A stretch of 56,106 nt of DNA, filler included, from Dugesia japonica (Eukaryota), in the NCBI GenBank assembly GCA_001938525.1. It is 5 parts of 5 records of this genome, joined end to end, with 100 filler letters (N's around TTAATTAATTAA, not from the genome) between each part and the next. Parts side by side here need not be neighbours in the genome. Positions count along the whole stretch, not along the records: positions 1 to 14,369 come from MQRL01572415.1; 4 more parts are not named here. One strand, 5' to 3'. Under the pieces are notes generated by a model, which was given only the letters and a program-made list of their open reading frames with translations, had not been told where the DNA came from and made no database searches. Positions 1 through 13,330 of the stretch are shown piece by piece; the first letter of the stretch is position 1, and each line of letters opens with the position of its first letter. Made by a program: the position numbers and the translations under genes.

Positions 1-274
1 TGTGTATGTGCGTGTTATAACTAAATTGTGAATTTCAGAGAATATATAAATTTACGAGAATTTTGAGGGAAAGTATAAATTTAATAATAATATGAATGTA
101 ACATGTTAGAAATTAATAAATTTATATTTTTAACTCTTATTTGTGACACTTAAATGTTAGTTAATTTTTAACCTTTAAACTCGAATTAAAGCTTTTCCTA
201 GAATGTGTGCACACTTTCTTTGATTAAATGCTTGAATATGTAAATTTACTAGTATATATATACATTCACTAAAA

Positions 275-541
275 TAGGGATGTGCAACCTGCGGCCGTGG
301 CTGTAGAAAATTTTATTGATATATCCAAATTCATTATTGTAGAATATAGGAAATGAGTCTCTATAGGTTTTTAGTTTTGTTTATTGTTTATAAAAGATAG
401 TTTGATCTTAAAGTAATTTTTTGAATTTTGGGCCCAACTTAATAAAAAATTATTTATAAGAGTTGGTTGACAATATTTGAGTGCTTATCTAAATAGCTTT
501 ATTTTCAACTTTTATAAAATATCAAAGGTTACGCACCTCTG
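275..541. mobile_element. hAT-type MITE (degenerate)
   Basis: Imperfect TIRs TAGGGATGTGCAACCT / AGGTTACGCACCTCTG; flanking 8-mers CACTAAAA / AACTAAAT resemble a decayed TSD. Confidence 0.55.
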
Positions 542-1519
542 AACTAAATATCGTTTAGAATTTTGTTTTCGTTGCGTTTTTCATTGATAATAGTAATTTA
601 ATTGTCGTCTTGTTTTAATGTTTTGTTCTGTTTATATTCGAAATTAGGATCGAAGATACATTTTAGATGATGACATAAACGTTAAAAGGCTGTCATATTA
701 ATAATTGTGATGAAAAAACCTTCATAAAAGGTCAATTTATAAATTTTATTAAAAAATAATTTATTTATTTCTGAGAAATGAAATAATAATTTATTATTAA
801 TAAGTGTAAAAAATTTTAAATGAATCTACTAATAAACAAATAAAGGAAATAAATACATTTATTTATGAATGTTTTTCAGTATAACTTAATTGATGATGAA
901 AAGTATTTTTAAATAAATTATCGAAATGAAATTGTAAATCTCTTTGGTTCTTTATAAAATTTATAATTAATCAATATCTAAATGTTTTTTAATTGGCTTA
1001 TTATCCGCGCAATTTTCAAATCATTTCATATTGATATTATACCATGTAGATAAATATTCACTGCCAATTTTTAATTTCAGTCTCTTACGAAAACTTCAAG
1101 TATATTTCAATGATTAATTTTTTTAAGACAATTTCATTTCTATTTTTTAAAATAAAATAATACATTATAATTTGATTATATCTCTATTTTTATCAGTCAA
1201 TTTATATTCGGATTCAAAGCAACTGAAGTGTAAAAAAATTTCTTATTCGCTTTTCTTTTATTACAGTAGTTAGATATTCAAAATTTATTTCATTTAAATA
1301 TTAAATTTATTTTTGAAAAATATTTTTATATAGTTTAATTTTACTTACAAATTTTTAAAAAAAATGATTTATTTGTAGAAAAACATATTATTGATTAAAG
1401 TGACAATTAGTCTTGATCGATCATTTTAGATGATATAATAATATTATTATTATTANNNNNNNNNNNNNNNNNNNNNNNNNNNNNNNNNNNNNNNNNNNNN
1501 NNNNNTAATAATAATAATA

Positions 1520-1700
1520 AATGTCAATAACAAAGTCAATTCCTTACGAAGACAAAGTCGAGAAAAAGAACTGAAATAATAAAATATATATAAAAATGAA
1601 AAACAATATTTTCATCGAAGCTTTTAATTTAATGAAATCTCAAATACGATCAATGGTTAAGTCAAAAATTTATTCTTGCAATAATTGTAACTGTAAAAAT
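1520..1700 (+). repeat. Copy of dispersed Penelope-like repeat, subfamily A, with mutated hammerhead-like core
   Basis: Shares AAGTCAATTC-CTTACGA-AGACAAAGTC-GA and ...TCGAAGCTTT...GATCAATGGTTAAGTC...AATAATTGTAA with copies at 9015, 12617, 36255, 48995, 49525 and 50705. Confidence 0.75.
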
Positions 1701-2699
1701 AATAATAGCTCATGTTATTTTATATACTACATTTTTGTTGTATTTAGTTTATGTAATAAGTTTTGTTTATGCAAAATTGATCATTTAAAATTTATTAAAA
1801 TAGTAATAGCTCTAAATTTATTGAAATATTGATTTGCGAAATAAATAATCGTTTTATTCGTTGTTATTTTCTTTTCGATCGTCGTTTATTTCAGTGAATT
1901 CCAGATTTTCTATGTGATTATTTATGAATATTTCTTTGTTCTCTCTCTCTCACTATTTTGGAAAAGAATTTATCGTTTTTTCAATTCATTTGATAAAATG
2001 ATAAAATTTATGTGAATGACCATTCAAAGAAAAAATTAGGAAATTAAAATTATTTTATCATGAAATTGTTGTAAAATAAATTAATATTTAAAATATAGGT
2101 GGTAATGATTACGGTAAACTTTAGTACATATCTATTTATTGTGTAGATACACAATTATTTTTGCAACACTTAGTTCTCAAATTATTGGTTTATTTGATTA
2201 CAAATAAAAATGGTATTAATTTTTAAATTACTATTTTATTATTTTTTTGAATTTATTAATTTCTTCCTAATTGTTAAATGATGTTCTTAACTATATTTTT
2301 GCATCTTTTTTTTTTGTATTTTACTAAAGAATAAATTTTTAGTTTATTTTTCTTAAAGGTTTTATATTGCGAAACAACGAAATAAATTAAATGACTTTAT
2401 GAATTCATGTTTAAATTATTGTCAAAGTTCAAATGATTTGCTTATGCATCGAATATTTATGTGTTATTGATAATTTATGTTATTATCTATCATTTTATTT
2501 TTACTAATTTTATTGATAATTTGATGTTTAATGCTTGATTTAAAATATTCGGAATTATTTTTTTCAAAAATACTCGTGAAATAAAACTATGAATAGTTTT
2601 TAAAATTGTAATATTAACGATAAGAAATTTGGTTCTTTAAATAAGGAAATAATCGAGAATAATTTCAACAAATAGGAATTAATATAAATACAGTTCGAG

Positions 2700-4440
2700 G
2701 TTATGCCAGAGTTACAAGTCGAAATTATCAGAAACATGTAAATCATACACTAAGTAAGATTGAAGATCGAAAAAACGAAATATTGAATGTTGGTAACGCC
2801 ATAAGATCGGTCATAATAAAACAAATTGTCTGACAAAGAAATTAGTAGTGTTGGACTTTGCATAAAAAAAGACAAAAAATTGCGGTGTGCAAACGATTGT
2901 ACACTGGAAATTGTTGGGAAAGTTAGAACTAGAGTGACAATTGATGAAGTTTGCAAAGAGCTTACTTTCTTTGTAAGCTTTAAGTATTCAGAAAATTAAA
3001 GGCGATCAACGATTATTGAACATAATTGAAAATAAAGATGTTTTCATGGCAGATAAATGGGACGTAGGGCGCACACATCTTATAAAACACAAAATAATTA
3101 CAAGTAGTAAACCAATTGACGTAAAATCGTACAAGCAACCAATAAAGCTAGAGGCTAAAATTAAAGAAGCTATTATAAACCTTTTTGAAAATAATATTAT
3201 ACGGAAATGCAATTCTCTATGGAATACTCCACTAATTTGTATTTGGAAAATGAAAAAGAAGGACATACTAAGTTTGGATTTTAGTCAATTGAATAACAAA
3301 AAGATATAAGCATTTCCTATGCCTAACGTTGATGAAATGCTGGACAAGTTCAATAGATTTTGGAAATGCGTACCATCAGGTAGAGTTCGAAGAGAAAAAA
3401 CAGTATTTTCAATGAAGCACGAGCAATATGGTTTTAATTGTTTTTTGAACTGATCTGTCTAAAATAGAAGCAATAAGAACATTTTGCAAACCTAGCAGTA
3501 TTTTAGGAATTTGTAATTTCTACAGGACGTTTTTATAAAATTACGCAAGAAAATCAAGGATCTTAGAACAGTTGTGTAGCGGACTAAGCAACGAGAAGTT
3601 AGAATGGACAGATGAAATAAACGATACTTTTAAGGGTCTGAAGAAAGCTCTAAGGACTGTGCCAATACTGTGTTTTCCAGACATAAACAAAGATTTTTTA
3701 ATTAAATACGGATGTAAGTTTTGAAACAATTGGAGCAGTATTGTCAGAGAGATAAAGAAGGAAGAGAAAGAGTTGTTACCTATGGATCACAATCAATGAC
3801 GAGTTATAAAAAGGGATATTGCATCACACGAAAGGAATTATTGGCTGTCTATTATTTTTGCATGAACTTCAAACACTATTTGTATGGTAGAAGATTTACT
3901 CTTAGAACAGATCATAAAGCTCTAAATTTCATGATGACGACGAAAAAACCGATTACGTCACAATTACAGACATGGATTAATCATCTCCGTAGTCTAGACA
4001 TGGTTTTGGAATATAGAAAAGGAATTCAACATGGTATTGCAGATATTTTATCTAGACCAAGATGTGAGGTATGTGTACAATGTCAAGTGTCACATGAAGA
4101 AGCTAAGAAAGGGAAGATTAAAACGAGACTACATAATTGTAAAGGATAAAGAAGATCATTTAAACATTTCTGAGGAAACAGATTTGAACAAGAAAATGAA
4201 AATTTGGGATGACAAACTACATGAAACAATAGAAGAAATACACAAATTATTATGTCATGCAGGAGTTGAAAAGGTTTTCAAATATATGAGAGACACCTGC
4301 ATTGCGTAGAATTTGTAGTCAAATACAGACGATAGTTCACAGTTGTGATATTTATCAGAAAGCTAAAGTAGTGACGACAGCAACAAAGAGATTAGAAGCT
4401 ACAAATTTGTTTGAAGTCATATTCATAGATATATGAAGGC
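2700..4440 (+). mobile_element. Decayed Ty3/Gypsy pol fragment (protease remnant, RT, RNase H, integrase zinc finger)
   Basis: Translated motifs: IRKCNSLWNTPL..LDF..LN, FPMPNVDEML, YCITRKELLAV..FKHYLYGRRFTLRTDHKAL, IHKLLCHAG; many frameshifts and stops. Confidence 0.92.
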
Positions 4441-5965
4441 CGATCCGGGAGATAGGGTTTCTCAACCGTTTTTTTGCAACTTAAAAAAAATTGAAAACCG
4501 GTTTTGATTATTTTTAATATGGCTCAAAAATATCATTCACAATCCAATTTAACAAATTAATCGATTAAACTACTAAGGATATTTTTGAGAATATTTTTTA
4601 AATAATAAATTTTTAAATTTTAATTACATTTTAAATAATTCGATTTTGCAATTTTGTTGTTCTTTTTACTATTCTTATTATAATAATATATAAAATTTTG
4701 TCATTTTTTAATATTTCCTAATAAATTATTTCTCTTAGAATTATTTTTTTGATTAGATCATGAATTTTCAATTTTTTATTTTACAAATTTATTTAGATTA
4801 CTTTTCTTGTGTTTTATTGGCTAAATTATAATCGATAATTTATTTTGAAATTATTTCAATGAATAATGAATATTTTCTCACTCGTTTATATTCAAAGAAA
4901 ATTATGTCCACAGTTTAAATTCTCTTAATATTTAAATTTTGTATTTATTTAACAAAAATTGATTTGCGAGAAATCTGATATGTTACGCCCAAACTCTTTC
5001 GCACAATCAGATGATTAAATCAGTCAAGTGTGATTAATTTTTCACGTTAATTAATACAGATTTTAATCGTAAATTTTTCTGTGAGATTTAAATTGATATG
5101 ATTATGGAATTAGTAATTAATAATTGAAAAGTTGGAAAATTTTATACCACTTAATAATAATGAACAAGAAATAAGTTTTTTTAAAACAAATGTTTACGTT
5201 GTGATTTTATTTGTTCGAAAAATTAATTATAAGCGTAAAAAAACTGTTTGATTGACTGAAATCCGATTTGTGAAAAATTCTTAACTAGTATCATTAGTAT
5301 TGTTAGACAAGATAGATAAGATAATCAATCAATACATTAAGATTTTGAATTTTACTGAAAGAAATCAATTTTTTCCTCAACTATAGATTTTTTTTAGAAA
5401 ATATTTTAAATTGTTAAAACTTTTTTTATGAATATTATTTTTATATGAATTTTTATATTTTCAAAATAAAAAAAATTTTTAAAATAATTTATGTTATTTA
5501 CTATTTTTCGTTCAATTTCAACAATTTTTTTCAATTTCAATATTTAATTTTATAGAAGTTTAATAGATAAAAGGTAAATTAATAATTAATAGTTTACAGT
5601 TTATTTGAATTAATGTTTTATTTGTAGGTTATTTACTTTTTCCGCGAAATTTATTTATGAAAATCAAAACACGGTCTAACCTTTTAATGCTACGAACTAT
5701 TCAGCAACAAATAATAAAGAAAGAAATTTATAAGAAATATATAAAAAAATATAATCTTGATATTATCATAGATTTCTATACTTCAGGTAGATATAATATT
5801 AGATTATGTAGCTTACATTTTGATAAAGACTTTAAAGAAATAAACATTAATATGAAATTAAGTAAAATGTGAAAAAATAATTCATGGTTAGAGTAGTTAC
5901 ACAAACACATTTTAAGCAGTATATACATGATGAAAGACAATTTTTTAAATGAAGTCATGTGTTAA

Positions 5966-6273
5966 TAGGGTTGCCAACATCTACAACCTTGAACCCGGGA
6001 GATTGTAAAATTGCAACCATTATAATTTATACGCTTAACAAATATAAAAAGTGGTTTATATTTTTTGTTGACACTGTTACAATTTACGCATGATGATGAT
6101 GTGTATGATTTCAGCGATATGATGACTAATACCAACAAGATATAAACAAAACAATCTTGTAAGAACGGAAAGACTGGAGGATTATATCTCCCGAGTCAGA
6201 GATAACGCCGAGACGGTAGATAAAATCAAGTTCCGAGAGACTCCCTGCAAAAACGGGTTATTTGGCAAGCCTA
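5966..6273. mobile_element. hAT-type MITE
   Basis: TIRs TAGGGTTGCCAA / TTGGCAAGCCTA; 8-bp TSD TGTGTTAA (5958-5965) / AGTGTTAA (6274-6281). Confidence 0.75.
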
Positions 6274-6448
6274 AGTGTTAAATTTAAATTTCATAAAATT
6301 TTTAACTATCAATTAATGTACATACTTAGATTATTGTTTTATTAATTAATTAATTAATTTATTAATTATTATTATTAATTATTATTATTTTATTTTATTT
6401 TAGAAATATGAAGAAAATAATAAATAATTTGTTTAATAATTTCTTTAG

Positions 6449-6569
6449 AGAGCCGATTAAAAATCATGTTGTCACATGGAACAGTACTCACAAATTTCCA
6501 TGTCGCCTAGTAGCCAATGTTCAAACAAACATGTTAGAACCCAGCGAAATGAAAATATCCGTTCGAAAA
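6449..6569 (+). CDS. FAM102: Single internal exon of a FAM102/EEIG1 (SYM-3-like) NT-C2 domain protein
   Basis: Bounded by ttctttag| and |gtgag; translates EPIKNHVVTWNSTHKFPCRLVANVQTNMLEPSEMKISVRK, matching the family pattern E.V..N.V.W...F.F.C.M.AN..T..L.P....SVRK; missed by the ORF track; no other exons found in this contig. Confidence 0.8.
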
Positions 6570-7718
6570 GTGAGAAAATAACTGATTTTTTATCGGAATA
6601 AAAAAATTCTTAAAATCAAAAGTTAAATATTTATTTAGGAATGAATAAATAATTTATTTATCAACTGAAAAAAATCAACAATTCGGTAATTATTAAGCGC
6701 TATAAAACAAAATAATGAAAATAAACAAAAATTACTGTGCTGAAAGCTCTTTCTACAATTTTTATTATTTGTATATCATCTATAAATTGTTATAATAAAA
6801 GAACGAAATATTATATTTATTTAAAATCCGATTAATTCAATTTCCAATAATCTATTTCAAATATTTATAAAATCCTTGGTAATTAATTAATTTTTTAATT
6901 GATATATTGGTATTTCATTACAACACATTGATAATTTCAAGGCAGAATATGTTTATCCGTATAATTAATATATGATTGACTGTAATTAATACTAATTAAT
7001 TAATATAATCATTAATTAATTTATTACATTATTAATTAATTAATATAATTAGTGTTTATAATATGTCTGGTTATAATAAAATGAAATGATAATATCAAGT
7101 AAATATAATTATCAATAAATTTCTTGATGTTATTTAACAGATAAATTTAATGTGAAACTATTGGCCTTCAACAACTGAAAGAAGTTTTTCAAATAAACTC
7201 TGCGTATCAATTTATCAATGAATTGAATTTTTAATTTTTTTTAATTTTTCACATTGATATTTTTGATTTAAGAGAATAATTGGAGAATTGAGATTAAGTG
7301 AACAAAATATCAACTCTATATTATTACAATATTACATTAATCTATTTTTACGAAAATTTCAGTTTTTATTTACATTTATATTATTACTTTATTTTGTTTT
7401 TAAAGAATTCATTTTTTATTAATTAATTAACTTATTTTTGAAAATAATTGAGCATGGATATTAAATATACATAAAGAATGTTTGCTATATTATCTAGATT
7501 TATCATATCATAATAGCGGCAATCATTTTTTTATTGTACCGTGATAATTAGACAAATTCAGAAATTTTCAATGTTTACTTATTAACTTATCCGTATCGTC
7601 TGATGCCGAAAGGCAATGTGCTGTTTTTAATGTTTATTATTATTATTATTTTTATTATTGCAATTAATTAATTAAATACATAGTTATACAATTCTTCTAA
7701 ACTATTATAATTATAATA

Positions 7719-8997
7719 CATGGTGTTCCAATTTAAGGTTACATTTTAAATTTAATTCCATTTATTTCTGTTTCGTTTTATTAAATCAATAATAATAATA
7801 GTAATTCATGCGGTTTTTAAAAATGAATCGTTATACCATTGAACCAAGAGTATTTAAGGTAAAAATTTATTTTAAATACGGCGAAAATTGTGCCGAAGTT
7901 CGCAGAAAATTTAAGTCTGAATATAGAAGAGAAAGTTGTCCGTCACATGTGACAATTCAAAAGTTATCAAACAATTTATAAAAAGTGGCTCGTTAAAAGA
8001 TAAACGACGCCAAGAATATCATAAAAGTGGTCGCTCGGAAACAAAAATTGCAGCTGTAAGCTGTAGTATGAGTGTGAAACCAAAAACGTCAATCCGTCGT
8101 CGTTCACAAGAGCTATCCATTCCAACAACGACGTTATTCAGAATTTTGAATGAGGATCTTCATTTTAAGGCCTTCAAGATTCAAATAACTCAACAAATAA
8201 AGCCGACAGACTTTGAAATACGCCGTAAATTCAGTAAATGGGCCATTGAAAATATGCATGAAAATTAAACATTTTTCCAAAAAGTGATTTTTAGCGACGA
8301 AGCATATTTTGAACTAGGATGATTTGTGAATACACAGAATTGTAGAATTTGAAGCAATTAAAACCCACATGAAATACTACAAATACAATTCCATTCAACA
8401 ACGGTAAATGTTTGGTGTGGTTTTTGGGCAAGTGGTGTTATCGGTCCTTATTTTTTGGAGAATGAAGCTGGGAATTCTGTAACAGTTACCGGAGCTCGAT
8501 ATCGNNNNNNNNNNNNNNNNNNNNNNNNNNNNNNNNNNNNNNNNNNNNNNNNNNNNNNNNNNNAGAACATGTGGTTTCAGCCAGATGGTGCCACATCTCA
8601 TACGGCAAAAGAAACAATTACCCTTTTAAGAGAACGACTTGGTGAATGATTAATTGGCTGCCCAGATCCTGTGATCTAACGCCTCTAGATTTTTTCTTTT
8701 GGGGTTATTTAAAGGAAAATGTGTATATTAGCGATCCTCAAACAATTGTTGATCTTAAGGAGAANNNNNNNNNNNNNNNNNNNNNNNTTAAGCCCCAGTT
8801 GTGCCAAAATGTCATAGAAAACTTTTTGTAAAAGAATGGGTGCTTGCTATGCAGCAGCAGGTCACTTGCATGACATATTTTTCATTGATAAACCGGAATA
8901 TGTGTACTTTTATTGTAAATAAATATATTGCTACATTTCATAACTTTAGCTTCTTTTATTGAAAAATTAAAAATTAACCTTTAATTGGAACACCCTG
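7719..8997 (+). mobile_element. Full-length but inactivated Tc1/mariner-superfamily transposon, rosa/DD41D-like
   Basis: TIRs CATGGTGTTCCAATTTAAGGTT / AACCTTTAATTGGAACACCCTG flanked by TA; transposase from ~7823 with MNRYTIE, VIFSDEAYF, WFQPDGATSH, WLPRSCDLTPLDFFFWGYLK; stops, frameshifts and N gaps. Confidence 0.9.
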
Positions 8998-9014
8998 TAT
9001 AATCTGAAATCCAT

Positions 9015-9230
9015 TTAAAATAAGTTTCTATCAAAATTTTTTGTTTCTTGGTTTTTGATAACAATTCGATATTTCGACTTTGTCTTCTTCATGAATTGAC
9101 TTATCGAATTGTTATCAAAAACCAAAAAAAACAAAACATTTTGATCGAATCTTTTATTCTTAATGAATTCTAAAAAACGATCAATGGTTATGTCCAACAA
9201 TTATTCTCGCAATAATTGCAATCGTAAAAT
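9015..9230. repeat. Inverted pair of Penelope-like repeat copies (subfamily A)
   Basis: Arm ...TTTTTGATAACAATTCGATA is inverted against TATCGAATTGTTATCAAAAA; hammerhead-like motif on the minus strand at ~9064-9100. Confidence 0.75.
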
Positions 9231-10764
9231 AATCTGACATGGTCTAATAATATATATTATATATGTTTTGGTACTGTAATGTATTCTTTCTTTTTTATAG
9301 CGCTCAATGTTTCAATTAATACATTCTAGATATAATTATGGCTAACACAATTCTGTAAAATTGGATAGTAACAACTTTGAGTACTTTACAATTACCACGT
9401 ATCTAGTTTTCGCAGTGATGTATACATTTATTTAATTTCAGTACTCAATCTGTTCTTAATTTACTTTGATTACTGTAGTTTTGCTCTAGGTCTTTAAAAT
9501 CTTTATTATTTCAAAAAAGCCTTTCTAACACTATCTACGAGAATCGCATTTTTTAGGGTATTATTACCTACATTATTATTTAATAAAGAACAATTATAAG
9601 AAAGTGGATTTTTTAAAATTTTCAATAAATTCTTTGACTGAAGTACTTTTGTACACTATTTCAAGGCATTATTACCACTTATATTTTATGTGTTCTTGTT
9701 TGTAATGTTATGCATCAATTTTCTTTTCGACTAATACTGTCCTTAAATTTAATTTTACGTCTGACAATAACGGGAAAATTGGGTCAACTCAATTTTTAAA
9801 ACTCATTCTTAACTCATTATCATAACCTTTAGTTTGGACAAGCAGTTTACTTAGTTAAAAGAAGTAGTTTGTGGATAATATTTTCCGTAAAATTTAAAAT
9901 TCTAAGTGGATACGCATCAATAATAACCGACCTATTTAGTGCTCAACAATCCCCACATGTTTGTTAGAATATATTTTTTCTAACGATTTTTAATGGCATA
10001 TGGTAAGGGAAGTTATGAATTCCTGATAATTGATTGCCTTTCCAAGTTTAAAGGTTTTGTTAGGCTAGTTTCATGTTCATCTTAAGTAACTTTCCGTCGT
10101 AATTGTTAAACAGGAAAAGTGTCGTGTAGTCAATACATGCGTTGATTTCATTATTAAATAATGTTCGTAATTTCCATTCATTTTGATGAATTTTGATTAC
10201 ATGACAACACAGAAATAACGTCAAACATAATTATTTATTTTTTCTCATTATATAGAAATTCCGACTGAGCGAGAAATTTTGCACGAAATTTTTAACCTAA
10301 ATAAATACAAAATTCATGTATTTTTCTATATTCATTTTTCTAGGTCAATAAAGGTTGTTATTAATACTTTTGTTATGAAAATATTGAGTTGATTCATTTT
10401 TTTAATAACTAAAATGTAACAATTTCACAGAAATCAAAATTTTATTCAAGTGGAAATTGAAATATTATTTTATTCATCAAAATTTTGTATTTTATAGTTT
10501 TATTTCATTATCTAAGATTTTTTCTACTTTTAAATTTGATATAATTGTTATGTTATAATCTAAGACAGGAATGGGAAATAGGATTTAATCAACGTGCCAA
10601 AATTAAAAAAAATATTAATGCAGTTTTTTCGAGTGCCAAAATCTCATGTTTTTATACAAAGTGCATATATAATTTTATTGTAATAAATACTAGATGTATT
10701 GGTTAATCATGCAGATTTTTAATCAAGAAAAACAAGAGAAATTCAAGACAAACATCAAAAGTAA

Positions 10765-11000
10765 TTTATTCAAAAAAACTTCCATCGCTAGCAACACATT
10801 TCCTCTATTTTTCAGGTAAATCGTGGATTCCCTGCCAATAGAACTTCTTTTGTTTTTTCCACGATATTTTAATCGGCAATTTCATATTAGTGAATTTCAA
10901 CATGTCGTATGATAGATGACACTCGGCATGCAATAATTTTTAGATCACAGACGGCAACGGCTCTTATCTCCATGTTAAACAAAGTCATAATCAACGGCCC
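10765..11000 (-). mobile_element. Mariner transposase C-terminal remnant
   Basis: Minus strand reads KKFYWQGIHDLPEK*RKCVASDGSFFE*, the typical mariner C-terminus. Confidence 0.75.
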
Positions 11001-12616
11001 AAGTATTTACAAAGCTTCTTACTTATTGCAATTTCTGCTTTTTATTGGTATCATTTTAATCGAGCAATTATTAATTGTTTGTATTTAAATTAAAACACAA
11101 ACTTGTTAGTAAATAATTAATTACAAGTAGAAAGAATATTCTCTCAATTATATTATTTATTATTTTTAATGATATTCTAAATATTTTAGTGTGTTAGGAA
11201 ACTTTTCCAGCGGTCCAAGTTTGATACTTTAGTTGCCATTTCTGATCTAAGAGAAATACTTTTTTCATTTCAATCTTACTTTATTATGAGATTTCTTTTA
11301 TTGAAATATGATATAAATTTTTTTTATATCAATATTATCATAAATATTTTATTGTTTTTAAAAACAGAAAGAAATTCATGAAATTAAAAAAAAATTGTCG
11401 ATATTCTTTATTAAATTAGTTTTTCTTTTAAATATATTTTTACATTAAAAAATAATGAAGTTTATACGAATATAGGAAGGAAATACTTGTGTTTGTATTT
11501 TTCTTTACGATAATTCGAAAATTTGATTTAAAAGTTAAAAGCGTAAATCAAAACAAATTTTACCTAAAATGTCTCAAAATTTTCGAATATTGTCTTTTTC
11601 CAGCCCCTATATTCGTATTTTCAGAATAAATATTGTAAATATCATATTATGAAATGAAATAATTTTTTTAATTAATTTATTGTCTACATAATAATTTAAA
11701 TAATTTATTCAACAATTTCATTATCTAGATCCTAACGTTTTTCTTACATTGACTTCTTTTAAAAACAGAAGAATGGTCTTCTTCATCAACCCCCTTACAT
11801 TTTTCTATAATTTACAGTATACAGCATAGATACATTACGAGTTATTGCATTTAAATAGCATAAAAAAGAATAAAGCGAAGAATATTAAAGAAATTTAAAA
11901 AGTAATAGTTTTTTTGATTTGTTTTATTATTTTCTATACTATTCTCATTTTACCAAAATAAGCGTTAATATTTTTGGAATTCATTATGTTTGCATTATTT
12001 GTTTTTTTGGTTTCGTTTTATCGTGTTCCACGTTTTACTTTTTTATATTGGATTTTTAAAATACATTTTAATACTTAATTAATTCAGTATTTAATACCTT
12101 TCTCAAACGGAAATTGTAGTAACTATCATTACAAGTTGCATATATTAATTTGAAAACATGTTTTTTTTGTTGGAGGCAATTAATTTGACAGATTATTTCC
12201 AAATAAATATTCTAATTTCTGTAGTTAAACTTAAAAACGGTGCTAAGCTCATATCATATCGTTGTTTTATTTATTTTCAAGTTTAATAAGTAGATAAAAT
12301 AAGTAAATTTGACAGAAACGTTGTGCCTGATCAATGATTTTTTTGGTTTTTCCCGATGAAGAGCTAAATAAATTCAAAGTTACATATAATACATAACCAT
12401 TACAAAAATCTTCACAATAATCCTTATCCTTACAACGATAACTTTTTTTAAAATGATACAAATCAGTAATCGATTTTATTTTAAAATACGATAAATAAGA
12501 TTAATTACATTTTCAAGAAATTAAAATTTTCAAGTATTATGGAAATATTTTAATATTCTTTTACGATTCTATTATTTAATCAATATGATCCAAATTATAA
12601 ACTTGATTCTACTTGT

Positions 12617-12745
12617 TTTACAATTACAATTATTGCGAGAATAATTGTTGGACGTAACCATTGATCGTTTTTCAGAATTCATTTAAAATAAAAGCTTCGA
12701 TCAAAATTTTGTTTATTTTTGGTTTTTGATAAAAATTCGATATTT
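12617..12745 (-). repeat. Penelope-like repeat copy, 5'-truncated near the hammerhead site
   Basis: Reverse complement matches 9102-9230; similarity stops at AAATATCGAATT. Confidence 0.75.
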
Positions 12746-13145
12746 TATAATTGTTATTTATAATTGTTATAAATCAGTAGGTTATATATTTATACTTTTC
12801 TATCTTATGTAAAACAGTTAATAAGTAAATAAAATATTAATTTTCAAGATAAATATTAAAACCAGTCATTTTGATAGGCTAATTGACTTATACTTTGTCA
12901 ATATTACGCTGTTTTATTAATAAAAACTAGTTACCAATTATTTTAGATGTAGACTCTTTTATCAAGAAAACACTATTAAAAATTATACATTAATTTAGTT
13001 TTTGAATGATGACAGTCGGTATAATTATTTTTATTGATTAAACCAGAGTTTCCTCGACTTTTCATGCTATGAAATATTCCGAAAATAATAAAATGTTAAT
13101 GGAACACAGTATTTTTTCTATGGTAATTATCCGTTAATTTACTGT

Positions 13146-13330
13146 ACACTCAATTCTCTTTTTATGCGATTTTATTTGCGCGAATTTGAAGTTATGTGGT
13201 GAAACAAAAAAATAGAAATTATTTCACTGGCCGAAGAAATTGGTGAGGAAGGTTTTTACACTCTTGGCGAGAATGATATTGAAGGACTGCTTATGGACGA
13301 AAATCTACCGCACAAAAAGAGAATTGAGTG
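13146..13330 (+). mobile_element. pogo/Tigger-like remnant
   Basis: EIISLAEEIGEEGFYTLGENDIEGLL resembles Tigger C-terminal segments; TA-CACTCAATTCTC may be the terminus. Confidence 0.45.

Noticed and set aside
9360-10200. Possible decayed LINE C-terminal region on the minus strand
   Set aside because: Coding-like composition but no motif I could identify with confidence.
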